Part shown: piece by piece, positions 1-6,355 of the stretch
Position numbering within the stretch: position 1 is the first letter of the stretch
Layout of the letters: every line of letters begins with the position of its first letter
Virus record (IMG/VR): IMGVR_UViG_3300027851_001141
DNA length: 20,000 nt
Direction: 5' to 3' (one strand)
Origin: an uncultured virus (IMG/VR IMGVR_UViG_3300027851_001141)
Taxonomy: Duplodnaviria > Heunggongvirae > Uroviricota > Caudoviricetes
Program-made: the position numbers and the translations under genes
The notes under the pieces: generated by a model
What the model was told of the DNA's origin: nothing
The model's input: the letters and a program-made list of their open reading frames with translations, nothing else
The model's database searches: none

Positions 1-125
1 GCCTCGTTCACGACTCGGGTTCCCCAATAGAGGATCCAAGCTGCCGGAGTACGTCCCCACACGTTCACGCAGAACGTGAACGCTAGGACGGAGACGATCA
101 CATACCACTTTTTCAAGGATTCCAT
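1..125 (-). CDS. Hypothetical membrane/secreted protein, runs off the left edge (MESLKKWYVIVSVLAFTFCVNVWGR...)
   Basis: ATG at 125 with AGGAGG SD (136-141) and promoter motif at 148-163; hydrophobic N-terminus; translated by hand. Confidence 0.75.
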   Translation of the reverse strand, partial: MESLKKWYVIVSVLAFTFCVNVWGRTPAAWILYWGTRVVNE

Positions 126-147
126 GCGGCAAATGCCTCCTGCCATT

Positions 148-163
148 TACTATTAGCAGGGTT
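148..163 (-). promoter_or_regulatory. Phage promoter motif (variant AACCCTGCTAATAGTA)
   Basis: One mismatch to the AACCC-N4-CATAVTA consensus, directly upstream of an SD/ATG. Confidence 0.7.
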
Positions 164-365
164 TGATTCCACCTAATAGCCGATTGAAAGTTGGAAATAG
201 GGGAAAGTCTCACGTGAACTGGTAATACCAGTTGCACTTAAAGGTTACCTTAGTCGGAAAATGTTGTAATCATCTATTCACACTTTCGACCCTTTAAGTG
301 AGGCAGCGGGTCAACAGGGGAAAACGGCCCTTCTCACGTGGAATAGCGGACAGGCGGCAGGTCAG

Positions 366-394
366 GTTAAAAGGCAATGGCCCGCAAGCGGGCC
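366..394 (-). terminator. Hairpin terminator with TTTTAAC tail
   Basis: GGCCCGC/GCGGGCC stem 379-394; gttaaaa at 366-372. Confidence 0.55.
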
Positions 395-404
395 TGAAAA
401 GCTA

Positions 405-489
405 GATTCTCGTAGCCACTGCGAGGAACGGTTAGTGACTATTAGAAATAGGTGTATCACTGCGAGGATTCTCGTAGCCACTGCGAGGA
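405..489. repeat. CTGCGAG/CTCGTAG interleaved palindromic repeat cluster
   Basis: gattctcgtagccactgcgagga at 405-427 and cactgcgaggattctcgtagccactgcgagga at 458-489. Confidence 0.9.
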
Positions 490-532
490 TTAAACGGAAA
501 TAGCCCCTAGGAAATACCTAGGGGCTATTTCC
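490..532 (-). terminator. Intrinsic terminator (16-bp stem)
   Basis: ggaaatagcccctagg-aaata-cctaggggctatttcc, followed on the minus strand by GTTTAA. Confidence 0.85.
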
Positions 533-542
533 GGGTAGTGCA

Positions 543-728
543 TCACGCCACCGACTTGATACGGTGGACGATGACGTTTTGGGTTCGGGCTCGAATCAGG
601 AAGATCGCTTTGTCGATCTCTTCGAGATTCTTCTGAATCTCCTTTCTGCGATCCTCTCCCGCTCGAATCTGTGCCCGGAGCAGCTCACCCTTACGAGTGA
701 GAAGATGACGAATCTGATCGTTGCCCAT
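543..728 (-). CDS. Hypothetical coiled-coil protein (61 aa, MGNDQIRHLL...)
   Basis: Start reassigned to ATG 728 (AGGAGG 737-742, promoter 752-767). Confidence 0.8.
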   Translation of the reverse strand: MGNDQIRHLLTRKGELLRAQIRAGEDRRKEIQKNLEEIDKAIFLIRARTQNVIVHRIKSVA

Positions 729-751
729 GGTCCTAGCCTCCTCTTGGCATC

Positions 752-767
752 TATTATGAAAAGGGTT
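752..767 (-). promoter_or_regulatory. Phage promoter motif AACCCTTTTCATAATA
   Basis: Matches consensus; upstream of an SD/ATG. Confidence 0.85.
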
Positions 768-826
768 CGTAGCCACTGCGAGAAATAGGGGTATCACTGC
801 GAGGATTCTCGTAGCCACTGCGAGGA
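767..826. repeat. CTGCGAG/CTCGTAG repeat cluster; 781-826 is a 45/46 copy of 444-489
   Basis: Direct sequence comparison. Confidence 0.9.
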
Positions 827-846
827 ATCATTAGAAAGGGTAGGGG

Positions 847-891
847 GTTAAACAGAAATAGCCCCTGGGTTGGTTACCAGGGGCGTATTTC
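847..891 (-). terminator. Intrinsic terminator
   Basis: gaaatagcccctgg...ccaggggcgtatttc stem plus gttaaac. Confidence 0.75.
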
Positions 892-1171
892 AGGAAACCT
901 TCTCGACCTTCTCGAAAGAAAGGCTGTCGAACTGGAGCCCGTGAGAAGGATCGGAGCAGCATCGAGTGTATTTCTCGACCAGCTTGAAATCCGGTGCGTG
1001 GGCTGCCAGAACCTCAAGCACCTTCGCCTTCCGGTCCGGAAAGACGACTCCGAGGTTTTCCTCCCCATGAAACTTGGCCAGCTTGGCCAACCGGAATGCG
1101 GCCACGTGAGGCAGACCGTAATCTGCCTTCAACTTCTTTCCGAGCACCTTCCGATACTTGGCGAGAGTCAT
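890..1171 (-). CDS. Hypothetical protein (MTLAKYRKVLG...)
   Basis: ATG 1171 with AAGGAGG SD, promoter 1195-1210. Confidence 0.8.
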   Translation of the reverse strand: MTLAKYRKVLGKKLKADYGLPHVAAFRLAKLAKFHGEENLGVVFPDRKAKVLEVLAAHAPDFKLVEKYTRCCSDPSHGLQFDSLSFEKVEKVS

Positions 1172-1194
1172 AGCTCCCTCCTTTCGTCTCCCTT

Positions 1195-1210
1195 TATTAT
1201 GTCGAGGGTT
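1195..1210 (-). promoter_or_regulatory. Phage promoter motif AACCCTCGACATAATA
   Basis: Matches consensus. Confidence 0.85.
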
Positions 1211-1252
1211 GGACTCGGGCAGCACGTGCGTTAAAAGGGCTTAGCCCCCACA

Positions 1253-1525
1253 CTAGGGATTCCACCTAGAGGGGAGGCTGTAGCCTTCGTCTTCTTCGTC
1301 GAAGATTTCTCTCCGCTCTTTCCGCGCTTCCTTCTCCGCTTTTCCACGCTCCGATTGAAGCCGGAGAGTGCGAATCTTGGAAGCGATGCGCTCCGCCCGG
1401 TGGTATTCCTGAGAGCAGATTTTACATCCGCACTCGATCACCGGGAAAGAGTATCCCTGAGAGCAGGGAGCGGAGAGAATCTCGGCGTGCTCGTTCGAGA
1501 GCTTTTCGATCTGGCGTTCGTCCAT
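1253..1525 (-). CDS. Hypothetical protein (90 aa, Cys cluster)
   Basis: ORF with GGAGG SD and promoter 1545-1560. Confidence 0.8.
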   Translation of the reverse strand: MDERQIEKLSNEHAEILSAPCSQGYSFPVIECGCKICSQEYHRAERIASKIRTLRLQSERGKAEKEARKERREIFDEEDEGYSLPSRWNP

Positions 1526-1544
1526 GAAGCCTCCCTTCGAGATT

Positions 1545-1560
1545 TAGTATGAAAAGGGTT
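1545..1560 (-). promoter_or_regulatory. Phage promoter motif AACCCTTTTCATACTA
   Basis: Matches consensus. Confidence 0.85.
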
Positions 1561-1571
1561 GCGGGGCTAGC

Positions 1572-1808
1572 TCACCCCATTCCTTTGCCCCACTTCTCGA
1601 CCGCGTGTTCCCACACTTCCGCGAGAAGGTAAATCCTACCCGCAACGTGCAGTTGGGGCACCGACTTTTCGTCCGGTTGCTCGTTTGCTTCCACCGGGGA
1701 TTCGATGGTGTCGATCGCTTCTGCCCGGATGGCAACGAGGCGTGTGTTTTCCCGATTCAGCGTCCCGTCCCGCGAAACTTCGTTGTAGACCAGAAAGTGA
1801 ATGATCAT
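1572..1808 (-). CDS. Hypothetical protein (MIIHFLVYNE...)
   Basis: ATGA overlap with the stop of the upstream gene; GAGG SD. Confidence 0.75.
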   Translation of the reverse strand: MIIHFLVYNEVSRDGTLNRENTRLVAIRAEAIDTIESPVEANEQPDEKSVPQLHVAGRIYLLAEVWEHAVEKWGKGMG

Positions 1809-2077
1809 GGAATCAACCTCGGGACAGGTTCGTACACCCGTCGCTTGATGTCTTCTTCGGTGTAGGCTGTCTCCCATTCCGGAAGAAACTCACACCGGGC
1901 CAGGATTTCCATTCTCCGGAAATCTTCTCGCTCGTGGACCTCCGAAAGAACGTCCAAAAGCGCGTGGCAGGTTTCCGTGTCCTGGGAATCGAACATTTCC
2001 AGTTCCACGTGCTGCTGGCACTGGTAACTGTCTCCGGTCCAGTCGCACAGAAGCAGTGTGTAAAGTACGTGAATCAT
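1805..2077 (-). CDS. Hypothetical protein (90 aa)
   Basis: GAGGA SD, promoter 2099-2114. Confidence 0.8.
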   Translation of the reverse strand: MIHVLYTLLLCDWTGDSYQCQQHVELEMFDSQDTETCHALLDVLSEVHEREDFRRMEILARCEFLPEWETAYTEEDIKRRVYEPVPRLIP

Positions 2078-2098
2078 TATTTCCTCGTCCTTGGTACT

Positions 2099-2114
2099 TA
2101 CTATGAAGTGGGTT
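2099..2114 (-). promoter_or_regulatory. Phage promoter motif AACCCACTTCATAGTA
   Basis: Matches consensus. Confidence 0.8.
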
Positions 2115-2117
2115 CGT

Positions 2118-2147
2118 CTCGCAGCGAGGATTCTCGTAGCCGCTGCG
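2118..2147. repeat. CTGCGAG/CTCGYAG-family repeat
   Basis: ctcgcagcgaggattctcgtagccgctgcg, abutting the promoter. Confidence 0.8.
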
Positions 2148-2160
2148 TACTCCTGCGCGC

Positions 2161-2203
2161 ATTAAACGACAAAAGCCCCACCTAGGTTTCCCTAGGTGGG
2201 GCT
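2161..2203 (-). terminator. Intrinsic terminator (13-bp stem, GAAA loop)
   Basis: agccccacctagg-tttc-cctaggtggggct; minus-strand tail TTTGTCGTTTAAT. Confidence 0.9.
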
Positions 2204-2281
2204 GGCAGGTATGGACATGTAACCCAACTTACCTGTTACATAGAGGTACCCTCCTCCCGTCAGGTTTCTGCCGCGGTGGCC
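2165..2281 (-). ncRNA. Putative small RNA / start-stop minigene transcript
   Basis: Bounded by promoter 2287-2302 and terminator 2161-2203; no ORF of size; contains GGAGGAGG-8nt-ATG-TAA and internal stems. Confidence 0.6.
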
Positions 2282-2286
2282 CTACC

Positions 2287-2302
2287 TATTATGGGCAGGG
2301 TT
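2287..2302 (-). promoter_or_regulatory. Phage promoter motif AACCCTGCCCATAATA
   Basis: Matches consensus. Confidence 0.85.
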
Positions 2303-2321
2303 TGCGGGCTAGGCTTGTGTG

Positions 2322-2744
2322 TCAGTAGGGTGAAGGATTCTCTCCGTCGGGAAGCCGGAATCCGTTTTCGGAAGCGAAGGCACGAAGACCAAGTTCGATG
2401 TCCCAATCGCTTGCCGCATCGTCGTGAATGCTTTGCAGCTCGGAGAAGAACTGCAAATCTTCGGCCGTCTCCGAATCGAAGCCGACCGCCTCGTTCAGCT
2501 CCCTTTGGACGTCCTCGTAGGGGGCATCTTCGTGGATCTTCTCCACGATTACTCCCTCGAAGCGGGGATTGTACTTCTCGTCGGAAATCAAGTGCCCAAT
2601 GTTGCACTTGCAACCGTTTCGCCCCCGGTACATCGGGCCTTCGACCTGACGTCTGCTGTATCCCAGGGAGAGCCGAAAGCCTTGGTACTTCATCCCGTTC
2701 CAGACCTTCGTGAAGATTTCCTGCTTTTGTTCGTGACTCAACAT
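2322..2744 (-). CDS. Conserved-looking phage hypothetical protein (YRG...KCxIGxLI...LQxIHD)
   Basis: Start reassigned to ATG 2744 with GGAGG SD; motif pattern recalled from phage hypothetical proteins. Confidence 0.8.
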   Translation of the reverse strand: MLSHEQKQEIFTKVWNGMKYQGFRLSLGYSRRQVEGPMYRGRNGCKCNIGHLISDEKYNPRFEGVIVEKIHEDAPYEDVQRELNEAVGFDSETAEDLQFFSELQSIHDDAASDWDIELGLRAFASENGFRLPDGENPSPY

Positions 2745-2746
2745 CT

Positions 2747-3094
2747 TTATCCTCCCGTCAAGGGGCGACGACGTATCCATGAAAGTTCGAGGCGAAGAGA
2801 GCACCCCAAAAGAGCGCCCACGTCAGGAAGCGGCCACCGAGACGAAGCCTCGTTCTGCCAGACTGCGACAACCAGAAAGAAAATCCCGGCCGGAAGAAAA
2901 TGGTTCATGAATGGAACCAGCTTGGCGAGGTAGTACGTCCAAAGACCCACCGTCGCCAGGTTGGAGAAAAACTCCAGACCCGTCATTCCGTCCGCATCCT
3001 CGAACGGAATGTAATACACTCGGCCTTCCTTCGTACGAAGGACACGGTGCGTCTCGGTCTTGGAACGAATCGGAAGCTGCCAACGAGCGGTCAT
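2747..3094 (-). CDS. Hypothetical membrane protein
   Basis: GAGGTG SD, hydrophobic segments, promoter 3145-3160. Confidence 0.7.
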   Translation of the reverse strand: MTARWQLPIRSKTETHRVLRTKEGRVYYIPFEDADGMTGLEFFSNLATVGLWTYYLAKLVPFMNHFLPAGIFFLVVAVWQNEASSRWPLPDVGALLGCSLRLELSWIRRRPLTGG

Positions 3095-3144
3095 GATTCA
3101 CCTCTTGGGTGTGAAAGGAATGGGCCGTCGTCGGCCTCGAAACC

Positions 3145-3160
3145 TAGTATGACCAGGGTT
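3145..3160 (-). promoter_or_regulatory. Phage promoter motif AACCCTGGTCATACTA
   Basis: Matches consensus; identical to the 13695-13710 copy. Confidence 0.85.
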
Positions 3161-3169
3161 GAGTTTGGC

Positions 3170-3215
3170 TTAAACGAGAAAAGGCTCCCAGGAGTATTCC
3201 TAGGAGCGTCTTCTC
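3170..3215 (-). terminator. Intrinsic terminator
   Basis: Imperfect gagaa..gctcc.agga/tcct.ggagc..ttctc stem plus ttaaac. Confidence 0.7.
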
Positions 3216-3579
3216 AGGGAGTGTACTTCACGCCGAGAATCTCGATGTGCGTCGGGTAGTCCACCCACCGAAAGCTGATTCCGTGAGGCTTCTCCGCGTC
3301 GATCCACCGGAGAAATCCCCAGCAGAGCTTGCAGAATCGCGGCACGTTGTCTTTGGCGAGAGCCTCGTCCGAGAGCCGGAAATGGCGGCGAACACGCTCC
3401 AGATTCTTCTGGAGAACCTCTTTCAGCGGCGCTCCGGTTTGCGCACAGACCATGTCCTCGATTCCCGGAGTCGAAAGAGCGAGGATGTACATCCGCTCCA
3501 CCTCGATCACCGTTCCCAGGTACACGTTGAAGTTCTCGTCATCGACCTCGAACGTGGAAGTCAGAAAGCTCTTGCCCAT
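3214..3579 (-). CDS. Hypothetical protein (121 aa)
   Basis: GGAGGTG SD, promoter 3602-3617. Confidence 0.85.
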   Translation of the reverse strand: MGKSFLTSTFEVDDENFNVYLGTVIEVERMYILALSTPGIEDMVCAQTGAPLKEVLQKNLERVRRHFRLSDEALAKDNVPRFCKLCWGFLRWIDAEKPHGISFRWVDYPTHIEILGVKYTP

Positions 3580-3601
3580 GGGGTCACCTCCTCTTGGCTT
3601 T

Positions 3602-3617
3602 TACTATGGCCAGGGTT
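3602..3617 (-). promoter_or_regulatory. Phage promoter motif AACCCTGGCCATAGTA
   Basis: Matches consensus. Confidence 0.85.
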
Positions 3618-3624
3618 TAGATTA

Positions 3625-4209
3625 CTATTTGAGGTAGACGTATCCCTTGATACCCTCCTCCCGATATTCCGCGTAGCACTCCAACTCCGTCTTCATGGAA
3701 TGCTTTTCCAGAAAGAGGCGTGTCTTCTCCTCGCTGCCGTTGCGAAACTTCGTGTGAGCGATGACCCTTTCGCTCCCGTCGGGATGAATCTCGAACACAT
3801 GCACTTCGGTTTTCACATTCACCTCCCACAGAGGAATGTCGAGAACGAACGTGGAAAGCTCACGTTGAAACACCACCTGAAAGTCAGAATGGTGGGAAAC
3901 AGCTCCCGAAGGAACATCGTAGACACGGATCAGAAATCCGTTGTCTTCCAGTTGAATCGTCTCATCCTCCGTAAACCACTCACAAAGTTGGTTCACCGAG
4001 TCGAAGCCGCAAACCTCCCCTGCCTTCATAGCGTAACCGCTCGCAAAAGGTGTCGGATGGTAGGGACAGCCGGAGTGCCTACTCGAAAGGCTCAAAGTCA
4101 TGTTCGACGACCTGTCGGACCGAGTATCCAAAAGTTGGTAGGGTCCAAATCCGTCCCTTTTGTGTTCGACTCGGTAGACCCTGCCGCCCAGCATAGCCAA
4201 GTCTTTCAT
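3625..4209 (-). CDS. Phage protein, possibly ADP-ribosyltransferase-like fold in the N-terminal domain
   Basis: AAGGAGG SD; VYRVEH..G.GPY / HP.P / CGFxS..QL..WF / Y.V / QVVF pattern; the fold call is inference. Confidence 0.8.
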   Translation of the reverse strand: MKDLAMLGGRVYRVEHKRDGFGPYQLLDTRSDRSSNMTLSLSSRHSGCPYHPTPFASGYAMKAGEVCGFDSVNQLCEWFTEDETIQLEDNGFLIRVYDVPSGAVSHHSDFQVVFQRELSTFVLDIPLWEVNVKTEVHVFEIHPDGSERVIAHTKFRNGSEEKTRLFLEKHSMKTELECYAEYREEGIKGYVYLK

Positions 4210-4229
4210 GTCGGCCTCCTTTCTCTTTC

Positions 4230-4245
4230 TATTATGGAAAGGGTT
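4230..4245 (-). promoter_or_regulatory. Phage promoter motif AACCCTTTCCATAATA
   Basis: Matches consensus. Confidence 0.85.
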
Positions 4246-4249
4246 GCTT

Positions 4250-4280
4250 CGCTGCGAGGATTCTCGCAGCGGCTACGAGG
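4250..4280. repeat. CTGCGAG/CTCGYAG-family repeat
   Basis: cgctgcgaggattctcgcagcggctacgagg between terminator and promoter. Confidence 0.85.
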
Positions 4281-4291
4281 AGGGTTAAATG

Positions 4292-4329
4292 GAAAATAGC
4301 CCGACGTAATATTCCGTCGGGCTATTTTC
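4292..4329 (-). terminator. 38-bp palindromic terminator repeat, copy 1 (one substitution)
   Basis: gaaaatagcccgacgtaatattccgtcgggctattttc. Confidence 0.85.
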
Positions 4330-4609
4330 AGCAGAAGGTGGTTCGACTGTGCCACAGTTCCGGATTGTGGCCGTACCCGTCGTGTCGGATGGGTTCTCCG
4401 TCCCCGTCGAGCGTGACGGGAGTTTCCTCGTCATCGGAGGGAGTGCTCGTGACGGTGTAGAGACACCATCGGTTTCCGGGACACCATCCCGTCAGGAACA
4501 GATTTCCGGCGGCGATTTCGACGGCGAACTCCTCGGGAAGCTCTCCGAGGAACATCGCCATCACGCCCTCATCTTCGGTCAGGTACCGCACCAAGTATTG
4601 TTTCGCCAT
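4328..4609 (-). CDS. Hypothetical acidic protein (MAKQYLVRY...)
   Basis: Start reassigned to ATG 4609 with AAGGA SD. Confidence 0.8.
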   Translation of the reverse strand: MAKQYLVRYLTEDEGVMAMFLGELPEEFAVEIAAGNLFLTGWCPGNRWCLYTVTSTPSDDEETPVTLDGDGEPIRHDGYGHNPELWHSRTTFC

Positions 4610-4622
4610 GATCTGTTTCCTT

Positions 4623-4841
4623 TCAGATGACGCCGTCTTCGATGAACGCACCGCCGCTGCGCTTCCACGCGGCGATCTCTTCTCGGTAGAGATCCGGATC
4701 GTACTCCAGATCGAAGTCTCCGTCCGAGAAGCAGTCAACGAAGTAGTTGACCACCGGGTCTTTCGTCTTCATGTTCGCGTCGTAGGCACGTTGGCAGAGG
4801 TCCAACTGTGCTTCCGTCAGAATGCTGAGGCTCAGATTCAT
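4623..4841 (-). CDS. Hypothetical acidic protein (72 aa)
   Basis: AAGGA SD; follows the tRNA-like RNA in the same unit. Confidence 0.8.
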   Translation of the reverse strand: MNLSLSILTEAQLDLCQRAYDANMKTKDPVVNYFVDCFSDGDFDLEYDPDLYREEIAAWKRSGGAFIEDGVI

Positions 4842-4868
4842 TGTTGTTTCCTTTCAGTGGAACTTCAT

Positions 4869-4954
4869 TGGTCGCAGGGGTAGGAGTCGAACCTACTTAT
4901 TATCATCACACCCTTGGCAGGGAGAGCCCGGCTCATTTTTCGTGATGCCCTGCG
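4869..4954 (-). ncRNA. tRNA-like RNA 1 (86 nt): acceptor stem + T-arm + CCA, no D-arm or anticodon arm
   Basis: CGCAGGG/CCCTGCG-A-CCA; GTAGG-TTCGACT-CCTAC; internal CATCACG/TGTGATG stem enclosing two hairpins. Confidence 0.8.
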
Positions 4955-4964
4955 CTGCCCTTTC

Positions 4965-4980
4965 TATTATGTTCGGGGTT
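4965..4980 (-). promoter_or_regulatory. Phage promoter motif AACCCCGAACATAATA
   Basis: Matches consensus; drives tRNA-like RNA 1. Confidence 0.85.
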
Positions 4981-4983
4981 GCC

Positions 4984-5247
4984 TCACCAGCAGTCGAACA
5001 CAACGTCCCTTTTCTCCAGATCCTCCACCAGCATTTCCTTTAGATCCTGCTCGGGAATGGCCAGAAGAGACTTCGTGTTGTGGCGAATCCAACTCTGGAA
5101 TCCACCGGGAGAGATTGGTTGACCCAACGTGATGACGCACAAAACGTGAAAGTGAACGTACTTTTCCGGATCGTACTCGTCATCATTGGGAACGGACATT
5201 CCCTCTTCTTCCGCAAACCTCGCAATGGACAGGGGAAAGGCGAACAT
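4984..5247 (-). CDS. Hypothetical protein (87 aa)
   Basis: AGGAG SD, fills the space between cassettes. Confidence 0.8.
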   Translation of the reverse strand: MFAFPLSIARFAEEEGMSVPNDDEYDPEKYVHFHVLCVITLGQPISPGGFQSWIRHNTKSLLAIPEQDLKEMLVEDLEKRDVVFDCW

Positions 5248-5275
5248 TTCTTTTCTCCTAGGCTGAGGATAGATA

Positions 5276-5312
5276 GAAATAGCCCGACGGAATATTCCGT
5301 CGGGCTATTTTC
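5276..5312 (-). terminator. Palindromic terminator repeat, copy 2
   Basis: gaaatagcccgacggaatattccgtcgggctattttc. Confidence 0.85.
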
Positions 5313-5320
5313 AGGTTCAG

Positions 5321-5521
5321 TCACTTGTGGTAGCGACGTTTGTCATCGGGATGCAGGACGAACGGGCCCTTGATTTCTGCGACGGACCCCAGGAAGAGAT
5401 TTCCTGGTGAGGTGTTTCTCGCCACGAACTCGTTGAGACTCGCAGCGTAGTTTTTCCCGTGCTCTTCGGAGAATGGGCCCTGAATCGCACCACCTCGACA
5501 GTCGTGAACGTAAACGTCCAT
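5321..5521 (-). CDS. Hypothetical protein (66 aa), single-gene cassette
   Basis: AAGGAGGTG SD, promoter 5542-5557. Confidence 0.8.
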   Translation of the reverse strand: MDVYVHDCRGGAIQGPFSEEHGKNYAASLNEFVARNTSPGNLFLGSVAEIKGPFVLHPDDKRRYHK

Positions 5522-5541
5522 GTCAGCACCTCCTTTTTCGT

Positions 5542-5557
5542 TACTATGTTCGGGGTT
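5542..5557 (-). promoter_or_regulatory. Phage promoter motif AACCCCGAACATAGTA
   Basis: Matches consensus. Confidence 0.85.
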
Positions 5558-5572
5558 CCATCTACTAAAAAC

Positions 5573-5610
5573 GAAAATAGCCCGACGGAATATTCCGTCG
5601 GGCTATTTTC
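5573..5610 (-). terminator. Perfect 38-bp palindromic terminator repeat, copy 3
   Basis: GAAAATAGCCCGACGGAAT|ATTCCGTCGGGCTATTTTC. Confidence 0.85.
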
Positions 5611-5914
5611 AGGCTGCCTTGGCGACTTCTCGAAGAGCGAAGCTCTTGAAGCTCTTGGCCTCGGCGATCTTGTTGGAGAGGACCGAGAGCTTGTGCCACT
5701 CGGCGAACGCTGCCTGGTAGGCGTCGGACGCCGCCGCGTGGAAGTTGCTTCCCATGGGATATTTCCGCATGGTGGCCGAGTGCTTCTCGACCTCGGCCCG
5801 CCAGTATTCCATGGCGGGCTTCACGAAGACCACCAGCGTCAGGCCGATGATCTTGTCCGCCGTGAAGGTGCGGGTCGCTTCGCTGATGTTCTTGATCTGG
5901 GCCTTGATGTCCAT
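5609..5914 (-). CDS. Hypothetical Ala/Lys-rich helical protein (101 aa)
   Basis: AGGAG SD, strongly biased codon usage, promoter 5955-5970. Confidence 0.85.
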   Translation of the reverse strand: MDIKAQIKNISEATRTFTADKIIGLTLVVFVKPAMEYWRAEVEKHSATMRKYPMGSNFHAAASDAYQAAFAEWHKLSVLSNKIAEAKSFKSFALREVAKAA

Positions 5915-5954
5915 GAGTATTTCTCCTGTTGAGGTGGACGGGGTGGTCGAGATT

Positions 5955-5970
5955 TAGTATGAACAGGGTT
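5955..5970 (-). promoter_or_regulatory. Phage promoter motif AACCCTGTTCATACTA
   Basis: Matches consensus. Confidence 0.85.
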
Positions 5971-5986
5971 GGTTCGGCCAACACCT

Positions 5987-6346
5987 TCAATCGTCGCAGT
6001 AGAACGTGTAGACTTCGAGGCCTCCGCCACGGAAGATTTCTGCTGCGTGTTTCTCGGTGAGGCCGACCAGGGTGCTTCCGGTCCAGAGCGCTGACTTATC
6101 CGAGGTCACGTAGGTCACCGTCCAGGTTGTTTCAGTGACGGCGCAGGGTTTCTCCTCGTTTTCGTGAACGCCGATCGTGAGAATGAATCCGCGGTCGCCG
6201 AACACTACGTCGCAGATTTTCTTCTCCTCCCTTTCGCGTGACCCAAGAAAGTAGATCCTTGCCACCTTGTCAGGCCGATTTTCCCGGAGCCACTTCCACT
6301 TGGCGGAAGTTTCGGGGGCGGAGACGCTGCTGGTTCTGCTCGCCAT
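5987..6346 (-). CDS. Hypothetical protein (119 aa)
   Basis: ORF in operon tiling. Confidence 0.75.
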   Translation of the reverse strand: MASRTSSVSAPETSAKWKWLRENRPDKVARIYFLGSREREEKKICDVVFGDRGFILTIGVHENEEKPCAVTETTWTVTYVTSDKSALWTGSTLVGLTEKHAAEIFRGGGLEVYTFYCDD

Positions 6347-6355
6347 GGATTTTTC

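Noticed and set aside
405..826. CTGCGAG repeats or the 38-bp palindromes as a CRISPR array
   Set aside because: There is no regular repeat-spacer periodicity, the intervals contain whole genes, and no cas genes are in the window.
2204..2281. Hammerhead or twister ribozyme (GAAAC, CTGACG and GTTAC elements present)
   Set aside because: The core motifs are incomplete and in the wrong order for either family.
3247..4299. 350-aa plus-strand ORF and other long plus-strand ORFs (e.g. 15980-16738, 17001-17639, 10752-11381)
   Set aside because: These are antisense shadows of minus-strand genes with biased codon usage. They cross promoters and terminators and have no SD or recognisable motifs.
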